Shown in pieces: positions 52,736 through 64,000 of a stretch of 64,000 nt of DNA. Under the pieces are notes generated by a model. That model saw nothing but the letters and a program-made list of their open reading frames with translations, was not told where the DNA came from and did no database searches. The position numbers and the translations under genes were made by a program. The DNA comes from Paraphysomonas bandaiensis (taxonomy: Eukaryota; Protista; Chrysophyceae): positions 184,144-248,143 of the forward strand of contig CBFFRP010000064.1 of assembly GCA_965644295.1 (NCBI GenBank). The letters are read 5' to 3'. Positions within the stretch are counted from its first letter, which is position 1, and every line of letters starts with the position of its first letter.

Positions 52736-54028
52736 ATGAATCAGTGTGCATATATGTCGCATATATCTGCTCTTAATGATGATGTTCTTCGTTTCATCAT
52801 CTCGATGATCCCACACACGGCTGTCCTTCCAGTGATAATGACTTGTAAGAGATTTCACGATATAGTCTACACTGATAAGAGCAGAGAGAGACTTGAGTCA
52901 AATGCATCTCACTACTGTATGACCAACTCAATGGCCTCATGGGCTCTGGCTATGGGCTGCCCACACACACTGCTATCATATAGCTGTGCACTATACGGCA
53001 GACTAGAGCAGCTGGAATACATCATAAGACATATAGATACACATATATATATACATAAAAGTAAACAGCACTTTGCATACCTATGGGGTAAGGCTGCAGA
53101 GAATGCTGCTAGAGGTGGACATTTGAATGTTCTGCAGTGGATTTGTTCACAGGACCCTCCATGTCCATGGGGTGTATGGACTTGCAATGCTGCTGCAAGA
53201 GGTGGACACTTGAATGTTCTGCAGTGGCTTCGTTCACAGAACCCGCCATGTCCATGGGGTGTATGGACTTGCAATGCTGCTGCTAGAGGTGGACATTTGA
53301 ATGTTCTGCAGTGGCTTCGTTCACAGGACCCTCCATGTCCCTGGAATGAAGACACTTGCTGTGCTGCTTCAAGAGGTGGACACTTGGATGTTCTGCAGTG
53401 GCTTCGTTCACAGGTCCCTCCATGTCTCTGGGATGAAGACACTTGCAATGCTGCTGCTAGAGGTGGATACTTGAATGTTCTGCAGTTGCTTCGTTCACAG
53501 GTCCCTCCATGTCCCTGGAATGAAGACACTTGCTGTGCTGCTGTCATAGGTGGGCACTTGAATGTTCTGCAGTGGCTTCGTTCACAGGACCCTCCATGTC
53601 CCTGGAATGAAGACACTTGCTGTGCTGCTTCAAGAGGTGGACACTTGGATGTTCTGCAGTGGCTTCGTTCACAGGACCCTCCATGTCCATGGGGTGAACG
53701 GACTTGCATCGAGGCTGCAGAATATGGACACTTGGATGTATTGCAGTGGCTTCGTTCACAGAACCCTCCATGTAAATGGGGATTATTGACTTGCAATGCT
53801 GCTGCAGAATATGGACACTTGAATGTTCTGCAGTGGCTTCGTTCACAGAACCCTCCATGTCCATGGGGTGAACGGACTTGCAATGCTGCTGCTAGAGGTG
53901 GACACTTGGATATTCTGCAGTGGCTTCGTTCACAGAACCCTCCATGTCCATTGAATATACGCGACATTTCTGCATTTAAAATATCACTTACTCAAGAATT
54001 AATAATGCGAAATCACACAATTGTGTGA
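52736..54028 (+). CDS. Intronless F-box-like protein with ten 29-aa ankyrin-like CPW repeats
   Basis: N-terminal LNDDVLRFIISMI...VIMTCKRFHDIV (F-box-like); repeats xxxTCxAAxxGHLxVLQWLRSQxPPCPW with 87-bp period (53171, 53258). Confidence 0.88.
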   Translation: MNQCAYMSHISALNDDVLRFIISMIPHTAVLPVIMTCKRFHDIVYTDKSRERLESNASHYCMTNSMASWALAMGCPHTLLSYSCALYGRLEQLEYIIRHIDTHIYIHKSKQHFAYLWGKAAENAARGGHLNVLQWICSQDPPCPWGVWTCNAAARGGHLNVLQWLRSQNPPCPWGVWTCNAAARGGHLNVLQWLRSQDPPCPWNEDTCCAASRGGHLDVLQWLRSQVPPCLWDEDTCNAAARGGYLNVLQLLRSQVPPCPWNEDTCCAAVIGGHLNVLQWLRSQDPPCPWNEDTCCAASRGGHLDVLQWLRSQDPPCPWGERTCIEAAEYGHLDVLQWLRSQNPPCKWGLLTCNAAAEYGHLNVLQWLRSQNPPCPWGERTCNAAARGGHLDILQWLRSQNPPCPLNIRDISAFKISLTQELIMRNHTIV

Positions 54029-54612
54029 GTAATAATCTATCTAGTGTAATGACTGAACTATATAGTACATAGTATATAGGATGCATGTAATGTATTTTGT
54101 ACGCTATTGTGAGTGTTACATCAAGAAAGAAGTGCAATAACTACAGGACTAATTAGAATACAAAAAGAACAACAGTACTACTGGATAAATCGGCAATACA
54201 CATCTATCAGTATGGATATACAACCCGGAATTATAGGCAGTACTCTCCAATATTACTAGTCTTAAAGCTCTTATAAAATCATGTTTTCTTAACTCCTAGT
54301 TTTCTGTTCACAATGAACAAGAGGATATCATCATTTCGACCTCGTCACACATCCAACACCTAGCGTAATAATTCAACTTCCACATAAATTCTGTAGAAGC
54401 GCAAACAGACACACAAGAGATAAATGGCACTACAGAACATATATATCAAGCTACAGAACATATCAATGCCGCCGGAGCATAGCGATAAGCTCTTCGTTTT
54501 CATATTCCATAGTTTTATATCTCCCTCCATTGGGGAACGTAGCTTCGAGGGGTCCAATCCAGGTTCCAAAGAAGTTGATGTACTCTTCTTAATGACACGT
54601 TTTTCTTAATAC

Positions 54613-54876
54613 TTAGGTAGATCCGGGTGGGTACCTAACTAATACTTGATTTAAGTCCCATACGTTATTTGCTAGCTACCTACTGAACCCAACTAGCTAC
54701 ATCATTATCACACGGTATTCAGCGCTGAATATGCTGTGAGACCCCGAGTGGGGAACTGCTGAACTAATCAATGTGGACATAGATAGAAGTGCGCGGTCGC
54801 AACACTCAGCAGCACCCACTGGGGGTCCGCACGCAGTGATTAGTTACGCTGTCAATATGGGGCAATTCCACCATAT
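54613..54876. other. Structured intergenic element (hairpins, long stem, pseudoknot); candidate ncRNA or TE end
   Basis: Complementary segments listed under findings. Confidence 0.4.
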
Positions 54877-55516
54877 ACTACACTATACACTACATATGAG
54901 TGTATACGTACACTAGGGTATGAGAAGAGTTTCAATATTGACAATTAAATTGTCTACTAATAGAGATACTTTTGAAACCACTGATCGTAAAGTCTAGACT
55001 TCACATGCAAACGAATTATAATTGCACGTATCAGTACTTCTGTGACATTTAAGAAGATTGTAAACTCTACATACTACTGCAATCTGTCGTTCATATTTCA
55101 TATTTCATATTTACATACATGAATTATAATAAACGTCTTTCAAAATCATAGATCATACGTCTAGGCCTTACTTGCTAACGAGATAAATAGTGCTTTTCTC
55201 ATACCTCATACTACTGTAATCCAACGTTCGCTCCAATACATAAAGGCCTTTTTAATGTCGTAACATTTCAGAATATATACTATATACTATACATCATAAT
55301 TGGACTATATAAACAACTTCAATACAATGTTCACTCCAGGAGTTGCTGGATACTAGATAGCATAGCGCTATATAATGAATACATAGTATGTTCAATAAGA
55401 TGCACACAACTCTCTAAATTATTATTACCGCCACGACAGATGGTCATAGCACGAAACATACAGCACTAGAAAATATAGCAATAGTTTCAGTGCATGAAAA
55501 CACAGCCAAACACCTC

Positions 55517-55960
55517 CTACTTCTTATTAACTGTGACTGGGATTTTAGTGGCCGCAGGAGTAGGCTCAAGCTTTGGAAAAGTTACTGTTAATACTCCATT
55601 CTCAAAGGTGGCAGAAGAATTGTTCTTATCCGCAGTGGGAGGAAGTCTGATGACTCTCGTCACACTGCCATACGTCCTCTCCACTCTGTGAGAAGTACTG
55701 TTCTCGACATCATAATTTCTCTCCCGATGGCCCTTAATAATCATGCTGTTTCCCTCAACACTTATGTCTAAATCCTTCTCCTGAACACCCGGCAGATCAG
55801 CGTGAACATGATAATCATTCTCGCTCTCATTGAGATCCACACTCAGGAGAGGAGCGAGAGCCTTGTTACCCTGATCATGATCCTTGAACACAACCAAATC
55901 TCTCTCAGGTGACCATGGGAAAGGATGAAAGAAGTCGTGATGGAAGGGTTGAAGAGACAT
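55517..55960 (-). CDS. Small heat-shock protein (HSP20/alpha-crystallin), copy 1
   Basis: ADLPGV...ISVEGN..IIKG.R; RVERTYG...R.IRLP; ATFENGVLTVTFPK; KIPV (IxI/V motif). Confidence 0.96.
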   Translation of the reverse strand: MSLQPFHHDFFHPFPWSPERDLVVFKDHDQGNKALAPLLSVDLNESENDYHVHADLPGVQEKDLDISVEGNSMIIKGHRERNYDVENSTSHRVERTYGSVTRVIRLPPTADKNNSSATFENGVLTVTFPKLEPTPAATKIPVTVNKK

Positions 55961-56527
55961 GTCCTTGTTATTAATGAAGATCGTCTATTGCGTATCGATA
56001 GCTTTGTATGATAGTCTTAATGAGATATTATGACACACATGCAGACACAACACACACACCACCCCATATTGAAGATACATACATGTGGAATTCAACTCCA
56101 TCTTCAACATTCCAGATGCGCAGCACTCAAACCGACGCCTGATACTTCAATGAAGTCCAAGATAATCAGCCAAGTTATCTTCAATATACGACGTAGTTCC
56201 TCCCACACATACAGAGTATACTACTGATATACTATATGTTCGTGTGGTATACAGCAGTGTATACTGGTATACTCTGTATGTGTGGGAGGAACTACGTCGT
56301 ATATTGAAGATAACTTGGCTGATTATCTTGGACTTCATTGAAGTATCAGGCGTCGGTTTGAGTGGTGCGCATCTGGAATGTTGAAGATGGAGTTGAATTC
56401 CACATGTATGTATCTTCAATATGGGGTGGTGTGTGTGTTGTGTCTGCATGTGTGTCATAATATCTCATTAAGACTATCATACAAAGCTATCGATACGCAA
56501 TAGACGATCTTCATTAATAACAAGGAC

Positions 56528-56971
56528 ATGTCTCTTCAACCCTTCCATCACGATTTCTTTCATCCTTTCCCATGGTCACCTGAGAGAGATCTGGTTGTGT
56601 TCAAGGATCATGATCAGGGTAACAAGGCTCTCGCTCCTCTCCTGAGTGTGGATCTCATTGAGAGCGAGAATGATTATCATGTTCACGCTGATCTGCCGGG
56701 TGTTCAGGAGAAGGATTTAGACATAAGTGTTGAGGGAAACAGCATGATTATTAAGGGCCATCGGGAGAGAAATTATGATGTCGAGAACAGTACTTCTCAC
56801 AGAGTGGAGAGGACGTATGGCAGTGTGACGAGAGTCATCAGACTTCCTCCCACTGCGGATAAGAACAATTCTTCTGCCACCTTTGAGAATGGAGTATTAA
56901 CAGTAACGTTTCCAAAGCTTGAGCCTACTCCTGCGGCCACTAAAATCCCAGTCACAGTTAATAAGAAGTAG
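56528..56971 (+). CDS. Small heat-shock protein (HSP20), copy 2
   Basis: Identical to copy 1 except N44I. Confidence 0.96.
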   Translation: MSLQPFHHDFFHPFPWSPERDLVVFKDHDQGNKALAPLLSVDLIESENDYHVHADLPGVQEKDLDISVEGNSMIIKGHRERNYDVENSTSHRVERTYGSVTRVIRLPPTADKNNSSATFENGVLTVTFPKLEPTPAATKIPVTVNKK

Positions 56972-57575
56972 GAGGTGTTTGGCTGTGTTTTCATGCACTG
57001 AAACTATTGCTATATTTTCTAATGCTGTATGTTTCGTGCTATGACCATCTGTCGTGGCGGTAATAATAATTTAGAGAGTTGTGTGCATCTTATTGAACAT
57101 ACTATGTATTCATTATATAGCGCTATGCTATCTAACTCCTGGAGTGAACATTGTATTGAAGTTGTTTATATAGTCCAATTATGATGTATAGTATATATTC
57201 TGAAATGTTACGACATTAGTACATATATGTACGCCATTGGTCAAAGGAAGAGGATGCATAATAATTATATCGATAGTTGCTTAACATCATACTCATACTT
57301 ACATTTGTACTGGCTATCTAGAGCATACGGTGTGTAGTTTCTAGTAGTTTGTGGGTTTTATTTCTTAATGCCTGGACTTTACTTGCAAAAGAATTATAAA
57401 TTACAATTATTAGTAGTTCTGCAACATTTAAAATATGCATACCATACATCTTATATGAACTATACAGTATACAGACTGCTGTGTTTCAACTAGACAACTA
57501 AAGTAGAAATCTGAAAGAGTAATTTATATTTATAAAGCGGAATTGAAGTGAAGCAAAATCTGTAGCTACTTGAAA

Positions 57576-59123
57576 TCAAACCCTCAAGCTTTGAATTATA
57601 GTATCCGCTGTGGCCTCACCTGCCCGAATAGCCCCCTCCATATACCCGTAATAGTCCTCTGCTGTCTCGGTACTCGCCCAGAAAATAAGACTATTTTCGC
57701 TTTCGGGGAAGTTCTTATTGCTACGCAGGCAGAACGCAGCGTTCGAGTAGCCTACTGGGGATCTAAGATAAAGACCTGTTGTAATAAAAGTTCCGGGTGT
57801 GAAAGAACACGCGAAACACCCATCAGACTTGTCTTCTTCGCTCCAATTCTTTTCGTAATACGCAATTGGGTCTGGATGAGAAGCTGCAATATGCGGCGAC
57901 GAAGAATCTGAAGTTGTGCTGGGTGAGCAGTAAAGTGTGTATAACTGCTCCAGCACAGCAGAGTACCGCTCTTCTGACGTCTTCATAGAGTGGACCTTAG
58001 CTTGATTAGCAGTAATGAGTCCAACTAAAGCAGGATACCCCCCAACTGTTGAGTGGAATAAATTATGAATAGGACTCAAATCACACACGTGACGTGTTCC
58101 TGCTGCTACCTTATGTAGCCAAAACGCTGATTCGAAAACAATAATAACCTTAATACAACAACCTGGTACCATAGATGCGGCCAGAGCAAGTTTCTCTTGT
58201 GGAAGTGACGGGTTGTACTCAATTGATTGAATAGATAGGCGAGGAGACATGGCCAGTACTAGCCTCTTACATATAATTGTAACTGGCACGAGGGGAGAAG
58301 ACTGGTTCATAGAATACTTTGTGGCAGTAACTTTCAGCATGTACTCACCATCAACGACCTCTACTCGTCTCACAGTTGATGAAAATAAGGTTCGAATACT
58401 TTTTACGTTTGGTGTACATATAGCGTCCAGAAGCGCATTGGACACACTTTGCGCACCTTGCTTAAGTTTATACTTCTGCGCCCCATGCTTTCCATCTCCA
58501 AGAGCTCGAATTCCATTGCCACTAGCAATATAAAACACAAAAAATAGAAAACTGCATTGCTTTACGTCACATGCCATTATAGTTTGAATGAATACAATAA
58601 TTTCATCAACAGCATTTTGGGAGAATACATGTGTCACTATGTAGTCGTAAATACTGATGTCGAGGAAAGATGCGTCTTGCATAGCCCAGGGACACTTCAA
58701 GTCCATTGTATTACCAAGTCGATCCACAGTGTCCATAAACTTGGCCACTTCTAACTCCTCGTTCGGTGTCATTTTCGGAAATTCATACGACACCAAACTA
58801 ATGAGATTAGATAGTGTGTTGCCTCCTGTCGCAGGATAAAACTGCTCGTCCAAATCAAGCTTGTGAGTTTTGATTAAAGCAAGCAGTCTCGTGTGATCAG
58901 GTCCAATCCACTGACCGCCCACGTCAACACAAGCAGAGGAGAATAGTCCTGGCTTAATATTGCTATCAGCGAGTAGAGTGCATGTGCGTCCTCCTGGTCT
59001 ATCACGAGCCTCTACAAGAATGCCAGTAATACCACTTCCAGACTGTGATATCTGATGCAACGCCGCCAGTCCAGCGAGCCCCCCCCCTACCACACACACA
59101 TCCGCTTGAAGGTTCACTTGCAT
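57576..59123 (-). CDS. Flavin-containing amine oxidase (MAO-like), intronless
   Basis: DVCVVGGGLAGLAA; EARDRPGGR; DVGGQWIGP; FWASTETA...GYMEGAIRAGE. Confidence 0.92.
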   Translation of the reverse strand: MQVNLQADVCVVGGGLAGLAALHQISQSGSGITGILVEARDRPGGRTCTLLADSNIKPGLFSSACVDVGGQWIGPDHTRLLALIKTHKLDLDEQFYPATGGNTLSNLISLVSYEFPKMTPNEELEVAKFMDTVDRLGNTMDLKCPWAMQDASFLDISIYDYIVTHVFSQNAVDEIIVFIQTIMACDVKQCSFLFFVFYIASGNGIRALGDGKHGAQKYKLKQGAQSVSNALLDAICTPNVKSIRTLFSSTVRRVEVVDGEYMLKVTATKYSMNQSSPLVPVTIICKRLVLAMSPRLSIQSIEYNPSLPQEKLALAASMVPGCCIKVIIVFESAFWLHKVAAGTRHVCDLSPIHNLFHSTVGGYPALVGLITANQAKVHSMKTSEERYSAVLEQLYTLYCSPSTTSDSSSPHIAASHPDPIAYYEKNWSEEDKSDGCFACSFTPGTFITTGLYLRSPVGYSNAAFCLRSNKNFPESENSLIFWASTETAEDYYGYMEGAIRAGEATADTIIQSLRV

Positions 59124-59673
59124 GGCTATTGAGCATATGGTTCACCCAGCTATGCTGAGATATGGAACAATGCTGATTCTTCTTTCTCTCCATTTCAATG
59201 TCTCCTAACACAGTCACACAGTCGCGCGCTATCGCATATGTGCATATGGTGAGGCCTGTAACTGTACAGTGAGTCATATGGTGCACTGTGAGAGATCTGA
59301 GAGGACTACAGCTCCTGTATGTGCCTTATACGGTGCGGATCTTTCTTGCTCATTTCCAAAAAAGGTATCCAAAAGAGTCTGGAAGTGGACCGGATGGGAC
59401 GTATGGGGAGCGGTGTATGGTAGTGTATGTATGGAAGTGTGAGGGGTGTCCTCCCATTTTTTTCCCGATATTCTGTAGAATTATACACAAGGCGGGACTG
59501 TGCAGTATCCAGCAGTGTATGTATGGGGGTCACCATATGTGTATGTAGTTGTGGTAGGAGTGGATAGATACATACATACACATATATAGACAGAAATGAG
59601 TGTGTTCATACCGTAATATCATACATACACATAGAAGAAGAGATACATCACCACATACATACACACACAAGAC

Positions 59674-62124
59674 ATGAGCGATTCAGATGAAGAAGAATGT
59701 CACATGGGTATCACCTGTGACGGTTGCAGTAGATCAAACAGGAATTTTCGAGGCACACGGTTCACATGTTTGGACTGTGATGACTATGACCTCTGCGACA
59801 CGTGCTACTCCAACTCAGTGGCGACATTAGGACATCTCACATCACATCGCATACGCGCGATGACACCAGCAGATACAAGAGAGCAGAGGGCTGATCTTCA
59901 GTCAGGGCTGGCAGGAGGGGGGATGGATCTGTTGGATGCGCTCCGACTGGCTCTCATCAGCGCATCTGAACAAAATAAAACACTCTCCACTAAACAGAGT
60001 GTGATCGATAATCTTCCCATTGACACAATGCGCCCTGGACTTATAACTGATCCTGAGAAGTCGTCATGTGCTATATGTCAGGTTGATTTTATGAGTGGTG
60101 AGTTGGTAACACACTTACCCTGTGGGCACTACTTTCATCACAAGGGCGATGTTGAAGCAGCTGAAGAAGAGGAATGTGCTGGTATTGTCTCTTGGCTCAA
60201 GAACAGTAACATGTGCCCACTTTGTCGTTACGAACTTGAAGCTGCCACTCCTCCTGTGAATGCTTTAGATATGTCGGCGGAGTGGCAGTGCCCGGGATGT
60301 GATCGGACCCATCCAGGCGACATGCTACGCGGAAGGAACGCCCAATGTTCCTGCGGGGTCATGCGAAATGCTGTTCTCCTAATAGCTCGTTCAAATCAAT
60401 TTGCAAGCACTTTGAGCCAGTGCGTGATAATGTGCAAACGAATATTTGAAGCCATCCGAGAAAATCCGTTTGGCTTGCCTTCAACAATCCAGTCCACGCT
60501 GATGGAGCGTTTAGAAGCGCTTCTACAGGATTCCAGTGTACTCACGCTCGAAGAGCAACACTGGGAGGTTCAGCTACATATCCGTGCCCTTTTCTCTGCA
60601 ATGATTGAAGGAGAGACACAATTCCCCATTCTGCTAACCTGTGCGAACTCGAGGGCTGTTTTGAGGCATATTCACATCCGTCTAAGTCAGTTGAGCTCTC
60701 CGGGATTTCAATTTCACACCCGTCCTACTGGTGTGGATGCTCCCGAGGATCCAATAGCTGGTACGCCTCGTAGGTACCCAGTCGTGACCAATGTGCGAGG
60801 GTTCATTGTCCAGAACACCTATATGTTCGATGAAATAGCGAAACTCATCACATCTCGTCCCTCGCAGAGGCTAACCACTCTCGTGGGCTCTGTACTACTG
60901 CCGAAATTGACCTCGGGTAACTGGAGAGTTGACCGAGCGTTCCGTCTGCTTGCAGAAGGAGAGAGGGATCTCAACGAGTTGACACAGGGTCTAGCTTTGG
61001 ACCTGGGCTCTGCGGCAGTTGTCGAACAAATGTGGATAAGGGTGATGCAAGCCGAGGGACGCACTATCGAGGCGTCTGGTTCTCAAACTCCGTCTGAGCT
61101 CCAGTCACTTTATCAGATTTTGAGCGCGCTTGAAGGAGGTGTGGACGACCCAGAAATGAGTCAATTATTAAGTGCTCTGCGAGAGTCTGGGGCTGGGGGT
61201 GACTCTAACTCTTCCGCGTGGGAGTGCCCAGGTTGTGACACGAAGTTGAGTGAGGAGGCCTGCACCTGTGGGGTGGAGCGGAAGGTGCTGCTGCGTTTCA
61301 AAGGAAGCGATGCAGTTACAGTCACAGAGCGCCTGCAAGGGCTCTACATTTCTGCTCTTGCATATCGCATGGATGATAACGCTAATAGGAACCAGAAAGT
61401 AATACTGGAAAGGGAGATGGAGGAATTCAAGGGATGTTCCGAACTCCGCAGTTTGGAGGATGGTGGATGGAGAGTCACAGGTCACTTCATGTCCCTTCTT
61501 CAGTGTATTCTTAATGGAGGGTCCGGGTACCCTATTTTCGGACTGGATAACAACTCACGAGGTTTGATCAGGCTGATACATCGTGAGCTTGCAAATGTCC
61601 ATCCACCTATGGCGTCATTTTTTGATCTTGACCTTAACCGGACCAACCGTTTCACATTACCAGTATCGTTTATCAAGCCTTCATTTGAGGACCTTGCGAA
61701 GGAATGTACATCTCTAGTTGATGAGGTATCAGGGTGCATTGCCTACACATCTGTACCTATGCGTCTGATGGCGTTGCACGAGAAGCGTCTTCCGCACTTG
61801 GAGAGTTGTGGATGGAGACTGACAGAGCCTATTGGTAAAATGGCTGCTGGTATGAGAGATGTGAGTGAGATTACAAGTGGAATAGATTCTAACTCAGCTG
61901 GAATGGCAGTCCTCATACTTGCATGTATTACTCACAGGGAGGGGGGTGATGTTGCTGCCTTGCAGAACGCTATTTCTGCCGCCCCTCCCGGTGTACAACC
62001 CACCACTCCACCCAGTGTAGAAGTCCCTGCGTCGTCAGATAATGGTGATGATAATGTATCAGAGCCGAAACCAAAGAGAAACAAGTCTTGGGGAGCCAGG
62101 TTCTTGTCCAATATATTTGGTTAA
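59674..62124 (+). CDS. ZZ zinc finger + RING-H2 E3 ligase with a duplicated Zn-finger/helical C-terminal region, intronless
   Basis: H.GITCDGC...RFTCLDCDDYDLC..C (ZZ); CAICQ..LPCGHYFH...C..W...CPLCR (RING-H2); two W.CPGCD...C.CG units. Confidence 0.88.
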   Translation: MSDSDEEECHMGITCDGCSRSNRNFRGTRFTCLDCDDYDLCDTCYSNSVATLGHLTSHRIRAMTPADTREQRADLQSGLAGGGMDLLDALRLALISASEQNKTLSTKQSVIDNLPIDTMRPGLITDPEKSSCAICQVDFMSGELVTHLPCGHYFHHKGDVEAAEEEECAGIVSWLKNSNMCPLCRYELEAATPPVNALDMSAEWQCPGCDRTHPGDMLRGRNAQCSCGVMRNAVLLIARSNQFASTLSQCVIMCKRIFEAIRENPFGLPSTIQSTLMERLEALLQDSSVLTLEEQHWEVQLHIRALFSAMIEGETQFPILLTCANSRAVLRHIHIRLSQLSSPGFQFHTRPTGVDAPEDPIAGTPRRYPVVTNVRGFIVQNTYMFDEIAKLITSRPSQRLTTLVGSVLLPKLTSGNWRVDRAFRLLAEGERDLNELTQGLALDLGSAAVVEQMWIRVMQAEGRTIEASGSQTPSELQSLYQILSALEGGVDDPEMSQLLSALRESGAGGDSNSSAWECPGCDTKLSEEACTCGVERKVLLRFKGSDAVTVTERLQGLYISALAYRMDDNANRNQKVILEREMEEFKGCSELRSLEDGGWRVTGHFMSLLQCILNGGSGYPIFGLDNNSRGLIRLIHRELANVHPPMASFFDLDLNRTNRFTLPVSFIKPSFEDLAKECTSLVDEVSGCIAYTSVPMRLMALHEKRLPHLESCGWRLTEPIGKMAAGMRDVSEITSGIDSNSAGMAVLILACITHREGGDVAALQNAISAAPPGVQPTTPPSVEVPASSDNGDDNVSEPKPKRNKSWGARFLSNIFG

Positions 62125-62729
62125 AGATTCAAACGGTGCTAATTCATATTTATCTGTTGAGTGGTGTTTGTCGCAGTGGTTTGGTAAAACCAGATAAAAC
62201 GGCAATTTGATTGCGGTGCTACTGTAATCAATTGATTGTGTAGTCCGATTAATTGCATCGTTTGTTACAGTATTTCGAAAACTATTATGAAGTAGTTATT
62301 GGTACAGAGTTTTGCTCTTGTAATGTAATATATTCTCGATGACTTGTAAACAACGTTGTGTAGTTTAAGTTACGTGTTAAATAGCCCATGATGTGAAAAG
62401 ATAATTCTTTTTTAAAGTATTGAACATAACAGCCAGACAACAGATTAAACTATAAAAGCGGAGAGTTAGGCTCCTTATTAGTAGTTGGTCGTAGCCGCAA
62501 CGACTGTCGTTTTTTCTTGCTTGAACTGGAACTGTGATGGATTTTTCGGATTTCAGTTCTCAATTTTGGTGTCGGTCAAGATGCATGCTGGTGGTATTTT
62601 AGGTATCGGTTTTTCTCTTTTAGAAAATGGAGCAGTGAGATTGATTTCAACTGCCACATAACACACTATTTTCGTTTCCTTGACAAAACACAAACGTTTG
62701 CAAGTAAACACTCTACCACAACCAACAAC

Positions 62730-64000
<1,271 letters not shown>

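Larger units (their letters stand above)
55253..57218. repeat. Large inverted repeat: arms 55253-56221 and 56267-57218, 45-bp spacer
   Basis: Arms are reverse complements apart from about 6 SNPs and two small indels. Confidence 0.97.

Noticed and set aside
52912-53967. 351-aa antisense Cys/His-rich ORF
   Set aside because: Shadow of the F-box repeat gene; open only because the repeat unit lacks antisense stops
56030-56458. Mirror ORFs MTHMQTQH... and possible heat-shock elements in the HSP20 promoter
   Set aside because: ORFs arise from the palindrome; GAA/TTC arrays are present only with several mismatches, so no HSE is called

Overview
Gene-dense eukaryotic nuclear DNA with short GT-AG introns (about 30-80 nt) and TACA/TATG-rich 5' regions. 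The gene repertoire and style suggest a stramenopile-like protist (inference only). Recognisable genes: a giant IQ/WW/B-box protein, CK2 beta, cyclophilin, ATG10, two secretory-pathway SAM methyltransferases beside a GT-B-like membrane protein, an Rtt106/SSRP1-type histone chaperone, a DEAD-box helicase with degenerate motifs V/VI, a 2OG-Fe(II) oxygenase, an ankyrin-DHHC palmitoyltransferase, a CDKC/CDK9-like kinase, PurH/ATIC, adenylate kinase, an inverted HSP20 pair, a flavin amine oxidase, a ZZ-RING E3 ligase and a frameshifted alpha-tubulin. The unusual part is an accessory island at about 45.6-55 kb. It holds (i) a giant-virus/T7-like OB-fold SSB ORF split at TTT_CGA, followed by a 12-bp-periodic GGACA array and an AT-rich orphan ORF, (ii) a decayed KDZ-like transposase between two ~200-bp direct repeats, (iii) an intronless F-box gene with ten 87-bp repeats whose variation is confined to three codon blocks, with a relic cassette at 13.7 kb, and (iv) a GC-rich intergenic element that folds into a long stem plus pseudoknot. 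All family assignments come from motif recognition by eye; no searches were run.
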